A DNA stretch of 64,000 nucleotides from Polymyxa betae A26-41 (Eukaryota > Protista > Endomyxa: Phytomyxea). Positions 1 through 14,100 of the stretch are shown one piece after another. Position 1 is the stretch's first letter. Each line of letters starts with the position of its first letter. Location of the stretch: contig RBZT01000553.1 of assembly GCA_003693705.1 (NCBI GenBank), positions 17,858-81,857 on the forward strand, read 5' to 3'. Both the position numbers and the translations under genes were made by a program. The notes under the pieces are model-generated. The model did not search any database, was not told the origin of the DNA, and saw only the letters and a list, made by a program, of their open reading frames with translations.

Positions 1-1206
1 CTTCATCAGCTAAGTCTGGCAGTTTCTGAAGAGACTTGCTGCTTATACGAGGAAATACCTTGGGGCTCTCGATCAATTGATTGCACCGACCTTCAAGCTG
101 TTGATGACCAACGCCTATGTCTTGAGAGGGTTTCTCTGCTCACTGAAAGCGGCATCGTTCCTCAGGTGAGCTGTAAAGCCAGTAGAGTTGAAGTTATGAT
201 TTTTATACGGTTATGTCAATATAGATCATTGTTAAAGGGTCAGATTTGATCGTGAAGGCCTTATATAACGCCAACGTGCATGTCAAGATGCTTGCTTTTA
301 AGTTGCTTTCCGATCCAGCTGCCAGCGGCATTCAGTTACCGATGGATCGGCTTTGCCTCCTATTATCACGGTGTCTAATTCATGATCAGCTCAAAAAGCA
401 GAAGCAAAATTCTCCATTCACATCTGCGTTGTTGCAACTTTGCCTGGCTCGAGTAGAGATACCGACAGAAGTTTACGTTCATGCATCAGATGTTGCAGTT
501 TGTGACATGCTCTTCGATGATATGTCGCCGTTGAAAGTTTCCGAAGATGGTAATAGCGTTGTTCACATGATGGATGGTGTATGGTTGTCAGCAGTCAGCA
601 AGCAACCAATCACTATTGCACAAGACCCAACACATATGGCATCATCAGAAAAATGTCGAGTCAGTTTGGCATTCAGCCTTGACAACATGACTAATCGAAT
701 GATATCATTGGGAATGGCAACAGATCCCAATGATGTATCATGTTGCTGGGTTGGTTCATCTGAAGGTACTTGGGGTATTATGGCTGATGGATCTGTCTGG
801 TTTGCTGGCCAAAGAGTCTTCAATCTAAACATATGTTTTGAGTCGAACGATGTCATCGGTTTTGTTTTCGATCTGGTCAGTTCCCATGATTGCAAACCTT
901 GATTGATTCCTTACAATGAAGTAGAGATTCGGAACTGCATCGCTGTATCGCAATGGAACTGAACTTGGGCAAGTATTTCGTAATCTTCGTGGAACTGTCT
1001 ATCCTTGTATATCGTTGTTTCATCAGAATAGTTGCGTCTCATTTAAGAAAGGGTATTGTATCAATATTTTACTGAACACTCATATGCTTATGTTGGTTGA
1101 CATTAGATGGCAAAGACCGGAATCCAGTCCATATCAGCAGGACTTAGAATCGGTAGCATGTAACTTGCATCAAAATCCTTGTGCAGATCCTCAAGAGATT
1201 CAGTGA
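1..1206 (+). CDS. SPRY/B30.2 domain protein, 3' part (multi-exon, 5' end outside window)
   Basis: Translation has SPRY-type motifs: ISLGMAT, WVGSSEGTWGIMADGSVW, FESNDVIGFVFDL, then after an intron LYRNGTELGQVF..LRGTVYPCISL. GT-AG introns at ~166-243, ~877-924 and ~1052-1106. Confidence 0.7.
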
Positions 1207-1405
1207 TTATAAATTGATATTTATTGCTATTGTTGCATTGGCATCTCATTCAAAGTACTACGAGACCAATGGTCCCACTTTAGACTTCATACTTTTGATT
1301 TGATACCCATCATGAAAAATATGCAACCGGAAGCATTGAATCACCAGATTGGACACCATTTGTTCCGGGCGAAATCGTCAAAGGGAACCCGCCGCCCCAA
1401 CCAAA

Positions 1406-2389
1406 ATGTGTTTCGATTTTCTGAGTTCAGTATGCGGGTGTATGTCGTCATGTTGTTCGTGCTGTGCAAACACGTGTTTCTGTCTGACAGCATGTAGCAT
1501 CTGCTGTAATAATTGTAGCTCAGAGCGTCAATCAGGTTCAAAGACTCATTCTTCACCCGCTCTTAGAACCTACTCGCCACTGAAACTCGCCTCCAAAGTT
1601 CATATTCAAGACGTGATGAAGACGCTGATGCTGACCCGCAATCATCGTTCCAAATCCGATATTGAAGGCGCCCTTCAGGATGGCGAGATGGGATTCAGTC
1701 GCCCTATCCAGCTTTTAAAATGGCTCAGCGATGACCGTATCACGGTCGCGATTTACTCATTTCAGTTCGAAATTGTGATTGCGTTCCATGTCGATGCCAC
1801 CACCGACCATTTCCTCCAATCAACGTCCTGCGATCCGGTCCGGTTCGTGGATGCAATCGGGGTCGCCGGCCGAGTTCATGACGGTGTTCTACAGGAATGG
1901 AACCCAATCTGCGAACAGGTTCAACGTCAGATTCAGCTGTTTGTTCGTGATAACCCGTCCGGTCTGGTGACAATGGCTGGATACGGGCCAGGAGGTGCAA
2001 TCGCCTCCTTAAACGCCATCTATACGCAAACACAGCTGTTCCTCAGCGATCGCTTGCGTCTGATGACATTCGGTGGTATCCGGTTCGCGACTCGCAAGAT
2101 GCGGGATGCTGCCGGCACCCTTCTGAGCGGCAACTCCTTCGATTTCATCTCTGGCGCCGACCCGATCTACGCCCGCAAGCGATATGCGACTTTGGGCAGC
2201 AAATATTTCCGGATCGGACAGCTGATTCATATACGGCCGGATGACGAATATCGTGCATATGATCGGTACTGGACTAACTGGGAGCGAATGCGTCAGAGTT
2301 CAGATCCAGATCAGCACGATCTCGAACGCTATCAGATCGAGATTGAAGCCTGGAATGGAAATGTCATCCGAATACCGAAATCGAAATAA
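1406..2389 (+). CDS. Class 3 lipase-fold protein with Cys-rich N-terminus; nucleophile Ser absent
   Basis: Intronless ORF, ATG at 1406. IVIAF, GRVHDG, VTMAGYGPGGAIA (normally GHSLGGA), LMTFG, DPI and HDLERY follow the Lipase_3 motif order. Confidence 0.75.
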   Translation: MCFDFLSSVCGCMSSCCSCCANTCFCLTACSICCNNCSSERQSGSKTHSSPALRTYSPLKLASKVHIQDVMKTLMLTRNHRSKSDIEGALQDGEMGFSRPIQLLKWLSDDRITVAIYSFQFEIVIAFHVDATTDHFLQSTSCDPVRFVDAIGVAGRVHDGVLQEWNPICEQVQRQIQLFVRDNPSGLVTMAGYGPGGAIASLNAIYTQTQLFLSDRLRLMTFGGIRFATRKMRDAAGTLLSGNSFDFISGADPIYARKRYATLGSKYFRIGQLIHIRPDDEYRAYDRYWTNWERMRQSSDPDQHDLERYQIEIEAWNGNVIRIPKSK

Positions 2390-2529
2390 ACTTCCATCGA
2401 AACTATGACAATGAATTGTGAAATCTTCCCCTATTAATTCAATAGATATATTCCCCCTATGAACTCAATAGATATATATTGGTATTCAGCACAATGACGG
2501 AATGCTGCCTATTAAGCATCATCATTAAA

Positions 2530-3333
2530 TTACTGAATTGAACAGCAGCTCTTTGGTAAGGCTTTGGTCTGCTTATAGAACTGTTTCGACCTGGATGATA
2601 AATCGGCCGACTTCTGTACTAGATTATCGATCTCATCACCACGACCTAATGTCTGCTCGATATTCTTATGCATGATATTCTTGACAGCTTCAATCTCTTT
2701 CAATGTCAATCCGATCTTATCGTTCTGATTTGGATCTTGAAATCTATAAGTCAATCAGCGATCAAACATTCAACAGACGCAACATCACTAACTTTTGTAT
2801 GGCCTCGTTAATAAATGGTACATCATAATTATGATCAGATGTTTTTGTCTTCCAATCTAACATGTAGTATTAGAAATACCTTTCAGAAATAGTCGTGTAT
2901 CAATACCAGAGATAGTTTCCTCGAATTTGTTGAGGACAGCCTGGACCAGAGCATGTGCTTTCTTATCTGGATATTCTTGATCTGTAATAACAAACCCAAC
3001 AAGACCATTTCCTTTCTGATAATAATGTGCTGAATGCCCTGTTATGATATCCATTAATACCAAACTCAGCGATAATCTCGTTCAGATCACCTTCATGATC
3101 AAGACTGTTACGCTGACCTACAGTCGCCTTCTTACCTGCCGATCTGGCCAAAAAAATGGACATTTCTTGAACACTATCATGCCATTATATACGACATCCA
3201 AGATCGAGATCTCATCAGTCTACCTCTTCCTCTGGAAGAACTGAAACGACGATAACTGATGCTGCTGAGCGAGCAGAATAGGCTCCGGTAATGTGGGTGA
3301 TGTGGACATCACCACGATGCTGATTAACTTCAT
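2530..3333 (-). CDS. YKT6: Longin R-SNARE YKT6 (multi-exon)
   Basis: LSSFQFFQR, ITDQEYP and IMHKNIEQTLGRGDEIDNLVQKSADLSSRSKQFYKQ, ending in the CCSIQ lipidation (CCaaX) motif. Confidence 0.93.
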
Positions 3334-3413
3334 GATAACGCCTGGATTAAATGATGATCTTGATATATAGAGAGATGATAGAGAGAGTGATGATGTGACT
3401 ACATCACAGTACA

Positions 3414-3540
3414 TAGGGTTGGGGTTAGATGGGGCGATGGGGTGCCTCTACAGATGGGTTTATATGGGGCCATGGGTTATATGGGGTGATGGAGTTATGA
3501 GGTGATGGGGTTATATGGGGCCATGGGGTGCCTCTACAGA
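3414..3540 (+). repeat. G-rich degenerate ATGGGG repeat tract between MTG1 and YKT6
   Basis: Repeated ATGGGG(TTAT/CC) units; ATGGGGTGCCTCTACAGA occurs twice (~3437 and ~3523). Confidence 0.75.
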
Positions 3541-3585
3541 GCAGTGTCTCTCACATACATGAGTACAGTACATGTCGGTGGCGAT

Positions 3586-4449
3586 CTATTCGAGCTGATC
3601 AAGCATGAACTTTCCCAGGTCACCCTCCCTGAACTGTTGTAGATAGAACGCCAGAGCACGATCAAGATCTAACTCAGCAGTGGATGATAGATAGAAGGAT
3701 CGCCTTCGGGCTAATTGGACCAGAAACTCATGGAATTCTGTCTCTGTGGGCTTCATACCGGTCATGATCTCATACAGATATTGGCCTGTCAGATAATTGC
3801 CAACAACATGATCCGGGATAGAATGAATTAGCGATAGCTGCTGGGCCTGTACGTCACTGTGGATAGCGGGCGGCAATATCCCAGGTGTATCGAGTAGATA
3901 GAGATTGTGCTGGCCCAGCTGTAAACGTGAGATGGATCGAGTTAGACCGGGACGAGCTCCGACCAGCACCGATTTCTTGTCGCGTTTTAGTGATCGGATG
4001 ATGGAGGATTTGCCAACATTCGGGATACCGACGATCATCACCAGACGTGGTGTTGTTCGGAACCGAGAGCAGGATGAGGCGGCGTCGATGATCGAGGTTA
4101 TCAGCGTTTGATGATCACGACGTGATACGAAGCGGATCTCGGGTGTATCTGGTGATTGCATCAGGATGGCGTCTTGAATACGATGGCGTTGAGAGAGATC
4201 GGCTAGATCAGACTTGTTCAAAACAATCAGACGACGTTTACTTGCTATTAATGGATGTAAATGTATACTGGCTGATGTAAGAGGTAGACGAGCATCACGA
4301 ACTTCCACAATCATATGGACTTGTTTCATATATTGATCCTGAATTTGACGTACTGATGATGACATATGTCCTGGATACCATGATGCTGCAGCTGGTCCAG
4401 ATCTGCACATATCATGCAGCAGACGACGATAACATTCTCGAACCAACAT
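3586..4449 (-). CDS. MTG1: Mitochondrial ribosome-associated GTPase 1 (RbgA/YlqF family)
   Basis: WYPGHM, EVRDARLP, NKSDL, GIPNVGKS and DTPG in circularly permuted GTPase order; intronless. Confidence 0.9.
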   Translation of the reverse strand: MLVRECYRRLLHDMCRSGPAAASWYPGHMSSSVRQIQDQYMKQVHMIVEVRDARLPLTSASIHLHPLIASKRRLIVLNKSDLADLSQRHRIQDAILMQSPDTPEIRFVSRRDHQTLITSIIDAASSCSRFRTTPRLVMIVGIPNVGKSSIIRSLKRDKKSVLVGARPGLTRSISRLQLGQHNLYLLDTPGILPPAIHSDVQAQQLSLIHSIPDHVVGNYLTGQYLYEIMTGMKPTETEFHEFLVQLARRRSFYLSSTAELDLDRALAFYLQQFREGDLGKFMLDQLE

Positions 4450-4641
4450 TACTATCAGTTTAAAGGTTAATACCGTCTATGAATAGAACATGCGCACTTA
4501 CGCACATGTGCAATGTTGCGAGATACTGATGCGGGTGACGCCAGCCTCAAATCACTTTTTTCACTTCACCTCTGTTATAAATGTTTACGGATATTTTGAG
4601 TTTACAGATTAAATTGATAATACAAATTGCGCTCTGCTCAG

Positions 4642-5040
4642 ATGCGATTACAAATCGGTCAGGTGTTAAGATCGCGACGGCGTCTGCTTGGTCCAAACCA
4701 GGTCGCGGTCTGGGCCGACCTGACCGGCGATCGGAACCGCCTACATCGTGGCCACGACGCCCTGGTCCCTGGCATGCTGATAGCCTCATTATTCCCAGCC
4801 CTAATTGCTGAGCACATCCCCGGTGCCCTCTATTTGAAACAGTCGCTGGCGTTCCGACGCCCGATTCGCCCAGATCAGGGCGTAACAGCTCAGATTACGG
4901 TCGTTGATGTAAGGACGGGACGACGACATGTTCGTTGCACAACCGAGGCTGTATTAGATGATGGTACTATAGCTGTTGATGGTCAGGCTGAGTTCTTAAC
5001 TCCCAGTAATATTATACTTCCTCCGTCATGTCCATCATGA
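4642..5040 (+). CDS. MaoC-like hot-dog dehydratase (HTD2-like 3-hydroxyacyl-thioester dehydratase)
   Basis: WADLTGDRNRLH, VPGMLIASLF, PGALYLKQSLAFRRP and VDGQA match the MaoC/HTD2 pattern. Confidence 0.8.
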   Translation: MRLQIGQVLRSRRRLLGPNQVAVWADLTGDRNRLHRGHDALVPGMLIASLFPALIAEHIPGALYLKQSLAFRRPIRPDQGVTAQITVVDVRTGRRHVRCTTEAVLDDGTIAVDGQAEFLTPSNIILPPSCPS

Positions 5041-5269
5041 TGTGCACGGTCGGATTCACCTCATGAATATCTAAAAATAAACATCACTGCTTCAGCTACC
5101 GTTTGCACGAATTTCCAGCTCCGGAGCCGTTGTAGTCGCTGAGATCTGGCTGGCGAAAGCAGTCTGCTTCTACACCCGACTATTATAGCACCTGTATAAC
5201 GACACCCTCTATAGAATATTGTCGGGTATCAACTGTAACAAGTGAAGGGACCCTCAAACTAACAGTTTT

Positions 5270-5620
5270 GAGCAATAATGACAGGGGCCGAGTGAGCTAT
5301 TATCGAAGCCTAATGACGGAAAAATCCCCAAAGGAGTCTTGAACGAGATTTCAGACCAATGTAAAGTTAATTATAGGACGGTTCGACGTATTTGGTCCAA
5401 GAGACAGTTTTTGGTTGTCAATGGAATTCATTGTGATGATGTAATAACCAATTGGGAGAGGGAGCACTATATATATCTGGATCTGTCATATCCAACAGTA
5501 GATAGTCGTAGATTTTATTTGTCGTTATTATGATGTAATAACAGATAGCTTGTCGAATAAAGATTGCAACATGGCCAGTTCGTTCAACGACGTTTTGAAC
5601 CGAATCTTTGTTGGCTTCTT
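5270..5620 (+). pseudogene. Possible decayed Tc1/mariner transposase N-terminus
   Basis: EISDQCKVNYRTVRRIW resembles a mariner HTH; surrounding frames have stops and no TIRs were found. Confidence 0.35.
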
Positions 5621-5852
5621 CAGATCGTAGATTACTCGTCGTTCCTCTGTTCCATAGTCCAGCTCTCCTCCTCTTCCTGCTTAATTTCACCGCCTTCTGA
5701 TCCTGATCCTCCTCTCTACTCTTCTATCTTCATCTCAAACATCACAGTTCTCGGTTTATTACAATATCGATGTAAAACTTGAGATAGAGTTGTAGAGTCA
5801 TGTCTAAATAATTATAATATATTCTATTCTATTTATTATGATATTATTAAGT

Positions 5853-7896
<2,044 letters not shown>

Positions 7897-8599
7897 GACT
7901 CGGGGATGGGTCTCAGAACAGAGACGACATGACGAGTAAAGAGAGGGCGTGACAGGTTCCCTTGAAGGCGTTCGTTCGTGCGAGGGAGGGGGCGGCGGGG
8001 TGGTCACTCTTGGGGTGTGTTCACTGCGAGCCTGGCTGCGTCCCGTCTGTTACTCTCTCTCATTAATGCGTAGTACTTGCCACATACTATGGCAACTGTA
8101 CTAACTACAGATGGATGAGATTTGGTTTGGCAGGCCGTCCCATACCTATTAAGGCTCACCTCTATATTTCACATTAGATAACCTTCAATTCATCATATAC
8201 AATTGTCTCGTCTCGCTCCCCAGTTATTAACTATGCCCGAGGGTCTCTCCGTTAACATCCACGACAACGTTACGTGGTGGCACGATAGCTGTAACGTTAC
8301 CGATTACGTTACATCTTCTACGAGGTGACTGTCCATCGAGATGGGTGAAACATATCTCGGGGAGCGAATGTGGCGGTTCGTATGATCGTGTATTTATGGA
8401 TCTGTTGAATGTTATATTCGTCATGATATTTATTAAGGATTGTTGAATGGACTTCATACATTCACTCAATCAGATCGCAATTAGCGACATATTCATAGGT
8501 CTAAAGATCATCTGAGGCGATTTCTGCCATCCAGCTGCCTATGACAATAGTAATTGTTCAGTCTTATCCAATACCAGAATCGCGGACGTCACTGCAGGA

Positions 8600-9170
8600 A
8601 CTCACCTAGTAGACGGTTGGCTGTCTGATAGATTAACAGGTAATATGGCTGTGTTCAATATGATCACAACTTCCCACGTGAATATCGTCGATACACAAAC
8701 ATCGGGAGTCTTGTTCCTATTCACTCCTAGATTAAGGATGTTCTCGTCTTCAATCTTTGATTGTATGATGTAACAGCCGTATAGCAATGATCAGATCGCA
8801 GAGATCCTTCTGCAGCAACGTCCTCTCCTTGACCACACCTGTGTTGATGACGAAGCCGTGAATTCAGAGGAATACTGTCAGATCATGAAGCTCGATCGGA
8901 ATCGGTTTCGGGACGTCCTTCTGGAATCTGAACATGCAGCGCTGCGCCATCATCCATCATACAAGGTTGAAGTATCACGAACAGGTCGATTCAACACTCT
9001 CCGAACCTTTGCAGAGTCGTTTGCATCAACTTGTCCAAACACACAGCAACAATACAGTCTGATTGTTCCTATGAACTGAGCCCTACAATCAGATGCTACA
9101 GAAAGTGGTCAAGAGTACCGTCTCAATTCATGAGAGTTTCTGCCTGGGTAATTGGTGCTATACCACGACC
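8600..9170 (+). pseudogene. Decayed hAT-like transposase C-terminus
   Basis: GRFNTLRTFAESFASTCPNT, then frameshifted ATIQSDCS and QEYRL, resembling the RF..L..F..GLA..FPNT..VESDFS..EK.EYR tail of hAT-related transposases; several stops and frameshifts. Confidence 0.55.
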
Positions 9171-10140
9171 AACCTGAAAACCAGATGATCTTATTCCCTT
9201 CCGTTCTGATGCAACAGCTGTGTTTTTCTGGCGATTTTCGCTGTATAGAAAACGGATTTTCTGAACATCTCGTGATCATCGTGGCCGCGTTCTATGCTGT
9301 GACCAATCTCCTCAACAAATCATGGCGAATATTGAACCTAAAAGGCGAGGAATGGGTTCCTAAGCTAATTAATGGCCATTGGAAGCGATTATGGGAGGTG
9401 TTGGTATCAATATCTGGAAGGATGTCAATTATGTCATTAATTGGTGATTCTAATCCAGGGTGATTTATGCTAAGTAAATCGTCTTTGTTCAGTTTACAAA
9501 GGCTCTGAATTATTACCGCCAACACCCTCCAAGAGATTTTGATTATCCTGGAATAACGAAACATATCCTTCTACAGCACATTATTGTTAAAAGACGGGAA
9601 TGCTGCCCCATCGATATATCTGAGATGTCATCATCGACCCGAATTGTGATAGAGGCGCCTTCTATTTAGTGATCGGAGCATTCAGAATTGGCAGATAATG
9701 TGGGTATCTGATCGCAGATAGTTTTTCAGGAAAAAGACATTCGAGTGTATGGTGATAATAGGAGTTACATAAGATGCAGAATAAGGACGATTTAAATCAC
9801 CTTGATAGGTGAGTACAAATAGATATCAGACTGACAGTATCCCACAGATTTTAGATATCCAACAGTGAGATGATTCAAGACACTTTGTAAAGCCAGCTCT
9901 AGAATCGTTAATCATAGTCCCGATACATGACTGATCAGATGGGAACCGCTGATAATAACAATGCCACGAGAGTTAAGACCATGAGCGTCTACGAGCTCAT
10001 TATATCAGATCTCAACAGTTTGCTGAAAGAACTTTGAGATAAGCAAAATCTCCGTAAATGTTTGTTGAAAATCTGGAAAAAATCCTGAGGAGGTGAGTCG
10101 TGTGGCTCCGGAGGTTTATTGTCTTAATAGTGATTATATC

Positions 10141-10659
10141 ATGTCATATAATGGGATCGGTCTGACCACCGCCCGAGGCTCGGGCACCAATGGCTATGTC
10201 ACCAGGAACTTGTCCACGGTCAGGCGGCCGCCACCCCAGCGCCAGACCATGCAGGTCGAAGCGCAGGCCCCGGTTATCAAGAAGGCAGACCCTGCCTTGG
10301 TGCAGCATAATAAGGAGCGGCGCGTTGCTGTTCAATGCATGGCGAAACGTCTTGAATTAGAAGATCAAGGCCTGGATGAGGAAGAGATCACCAGGCTTAT
10401 CGCCGAATATCGTCATCGCCTACTAAACGAGGGACTGAATTTCGAAGAGAAACACGAAGAAGAGATGAAATTGGTTCTGCAAGAAAAGAAGAACAATGCG
10501 ATGAAGGACGCTTTAGGCATTGGGAAGGCACAGCCTGAAAGAAAGCCAGTAGAACGACTTCCTGGACAGGCTAAGCGACCTTGGCTTGACAGAGGTGATG
10601 GCCCATTATCAGCGGATCGTGAGAAGAAATCACGACCAAGATATCAGCAACAGAGGTAA
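10141..10659 (+). CDS. CWC21: Pre-mRNA splicing factor CWC21 (cwf21 domain)
   Basis: MSYNGIGLTTARGSGTNGYVTRNLS and HNKERRVAVQC..LEDQG.DEEEI. A donor at 10656 suggests a possible further exon. Confidence 0.9.
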   Translation: MSYNGIGLTTARGSGTNGYVTRNLSTVRRPPPQRQTMQVEAQAPVIKKADPALVQHNKERRVAVQCMAKRLELEDQGLDEEEITRLIAEYRHRLLNEGLNFEEKHEEEMKLVLQEKKNNAMKDALGIGKAQPERKPVERLPGQAKRPWLDRGDGPLSADREKKSRPRYQQQR

Positions 10660-11129
10660 TGTCCCTGTCTTAATCTTATAGTCTCCTCCTTTAAACGTTT
10701 ACATGTTATTTGTATTGCCAATGAACTGCTCTGGAATATATACTGATTGTCGCTTTTAGGCCGCTCTCTCCCAAGCCAGAGCAACCGAAACCCGTCCAGC
10801 GTATTACATTAGCCACTTGCATTACTCAAGTTCAACTGCAAACATAATATAATTCCTGTGTTATCTCGATCCCTTTTAAATGGTGAGATCAATTGCCATT
10901 TTCAAGCCCAACTTATATTTTATACATTAGACATAGTGCCAGATTCATGATTTTACCACTCATTATGAGGCAACATTCAATAACCTGATGAATCCTGCCA
11001 ATCGTTTTTGGCTTCATTTTATGCATGCTCGCTGGTGGCGATTCGTTGACTCTAACTACTTCTTTGATCTGACAATGACGCATTTTTGTCCCCATTGCTA
11101 CATTGATTCATTCCGGGCCTTATTTTGCT

Positions 11130-14100
11130 CTAGAGAGCAAAGTGTTGAGGGTGCGATTCCGGTTCGGTACATTTGGCTAAATCTGCCAAATGCCCGGTAT
11201 TCCAGGTTGGGTCTTTCCTGGCAGTCTCCATGTCGTCCTCGTTTCCAACAACCGTCATGGTTGCTTTCGACAAGTCGAATTCTCCAAAGTACTGCTTAGC
11301 GACATCAATCACGTCGTTCGTCGTCAAACTGGATGATAATTTAAATACGCTGAGTGTAAACGATTGCCATTCCTCCACTTACCCAAGCAATCGCTGCCGA
11401 TATTGACGCTTAAAATGCGGCGAGATTCCAGCACAGAAATGCAACTGGCCGTGAGCAGACGGATGCTTTGGTGCATCGATGTGACCAAATAACGACAATA
11501 ATGCCTGATTAAGACGCTCATCCGTGATGTTATCGGGATCTTGGCACCTGCAAGCAGTCAAAAAATGTCTTGTTGTTAATAGGTCAATCACCATTTCACT
11601 GCCTGAGTAAAAACGTCGATTGTCTCCAGAAAATGAGGGTCACGGTACGAGTAGAAGCTGAAAGCGCCATCGACCGAATGACTAGCGCCGCCGCCTACAA
11701 GTATCTATTGTTTACGACCAACGTTTCCAGCAATAAACCGATCGCACAACGATAAAGAAAGAAACTTTCCAAGAATGCTTACCATAGGCACCGCCTTTTT
11801 CCCGCAATTCTCGATGTAAATATTCAGTCGACATAATCCTACTCGAGTATGAGAACTTTAGCCTGAATCGAACATAATTTTCACCTCGCAAGGACTTGTA
11901 GCGCTGGTCGATCCTTATGAACATAAGGGGCATCGGTGGCAATGCTGAGTGCCACATTATTGACGGCATCCAAAGGCACAGCAATGAAATTTCGTCGAGC
12001 TGAAAGCAATGAGGTTGGTGGCGTTCGACTGTGGAATTTTAGAGGGAGATATCGACAAAGCAGTATCAGACCCTGCATTCAGGTCGCCGCGCTCAGGCGC
12101 TGAAAACTCGGAAATCTTTGAAGCGAACAGGTTTTGGACCGCATCGATGCGTTGTGCATCCGATTCGGTGATGGCCGTTCTCACCAGGCGCAACGAGGCT
12201 GCGATTTGTTGGAGACCAGACGAAAGATTCAATAAATTATCATCGTCTAATCTGGCGTCAGGTGTCAGCTGACCCGAAACTATGGCTACAAGCGTCATAC
12301 CTTGCAGCAAGGGTCGACATTCGCACAGCATGGTCGAGGCCGCTGTAAGCATTTTGTGCTTGCAAGCAAGGTGAGTGATGTGAAGCGGCATGCATTCGTG
12401 CAAAAGCATGCCCTGAATCGACAACGCTCTCGGCGATGCCGGCTGCCTGGCTCTTGAGTAGTTGCCGAAGACGATCGAGGTCGTCGAAACTCGGTTGCAG
12501 CGTGGACTTTAATAAAAGATCGATCATGTGTGTGGCATTGTGAGACAGCGATGAGCTCTGAATTGAGATCCCCTATGAAAACCAGACGATGTCACACAAA
12601 GTCACTCCTGAACCATGGAACTACGTCACAAACCTGAACGTACATGGTCAAGTCATCGGCAGGAGTGTGCAGCTGTAATGACGCGCTCGCCCCGCCCGAA
12701 TACAGCATTCGTAACCGTGACATGTCCTGATATGATAAATCTGCTGCACCCATCCCCATGACCAATCTGAAAAACAATTCTGTTGGTCGGATTCGGAATA
12801 TTTGATAGACAGCGCCTCCCACCGGCAGAAAACGCCCAGCAAGGGCTTCAGATGGTCCGGAACGTTGTTCGTGTCGAGCAAGACTTTGACATAAGCAAGC
12901 CCGTTCGTATCAACAGCGATTTGATGAAAACAATCCCGGTCTGATGAAACTTGTAAGTTAATGTCAAAACAAAATTGCCGAATCGGCACCTTCATTGCGA
13001 ATCTCAATGGCAGCAGTGTCAACCGGACTTTCCATTTCGACGTCGTCGCGTGTCAGTGTCGGAAGACAACTGGCGTCCTCCTGCCTGTTCTGCGATTGCG
13101 ACAACTTCTGGGCGTCCGCCACCAGCTGGACCGGGTCAACGATGGCTTTGTTTAAAATCGACTGTCGACATAATTAGCTTGCAATTTTTCGTTTCAAAAG
13201 CGGAATACTTGTTCGGCCACGGAGCGTTGCTGCAGATAGTTCGGGTCCGCATTCATGAGCGTACAGAGACTATGTCGATTCTCGACCAGATGCTGTCGAA
13301 TGAGATCCTGTATATAGGGACCTGACTGAATGCGCTTCGATATCTCGTCCAGATGTGATTCGATTCGTAAGATCGACTCGATATCACCGTCGTGTAACCA
13401 CCTGATTCAATAAAATCAGTCTGAGAAAGTGCCGACGTCGCCGCTCGAGCAACCGATTCAGAATTCGATAAAGAATCTGCAGGCCCATGTCGGTCTTCAT
13501 CTCTTGTTGATCCAGCCGGTATTGGTGCATAATAGCGTCGATACGTTCCGTACTGAATCCGGTCTCACAGACCTCAGCTAATGTCTTGCTGATGGCGTCA
13601 TGGACACGATCGTGATCGGATTGACGCATGCCCTGTAAGCCCACAGACCAAAGCGCCTGTTTGCCACCAGATAGCCCTGTTTATACGTAAATATGAATTG
13701 AGTTATGAGAGATTACATCTCAACATAGGGAGTCAAAGAAAAATGAATGAGAATGCCAAACTCCCTGTTGAAACTCTCTAGAAACAGAATGCAAAAGATG
13801 GCGCATACCGGTCATGGGGGAATAACCGGAGCCGATATTGGGGACGATCAATGCGCGATGGAAAGGCGAATCGGCCCCGGACAGCAAGAGCGACGACATC
13901 AACGACAGACCCGTGATCGTAACAGCATCGGTTCGGTATACATCAGGTAACAAAATGGACTTGGTGAATGTCGATTGTTTCTCGGGGTCAATCAGCTGCG
14001 AGAACGATTAACCACTCGGCGAAGATTTGCAGCGCAGGCATTACCATAGATTCCGGCGGACAGTAAAACTCCTGCACAGGTCGCGGCTCCGGCCACAAAG

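Noticed and set aside
2426-2480. Two-copy ~26-bp duplication in convergent 3' UTRs
   Set aside because: Ordinary slippage duplication with no further structure.
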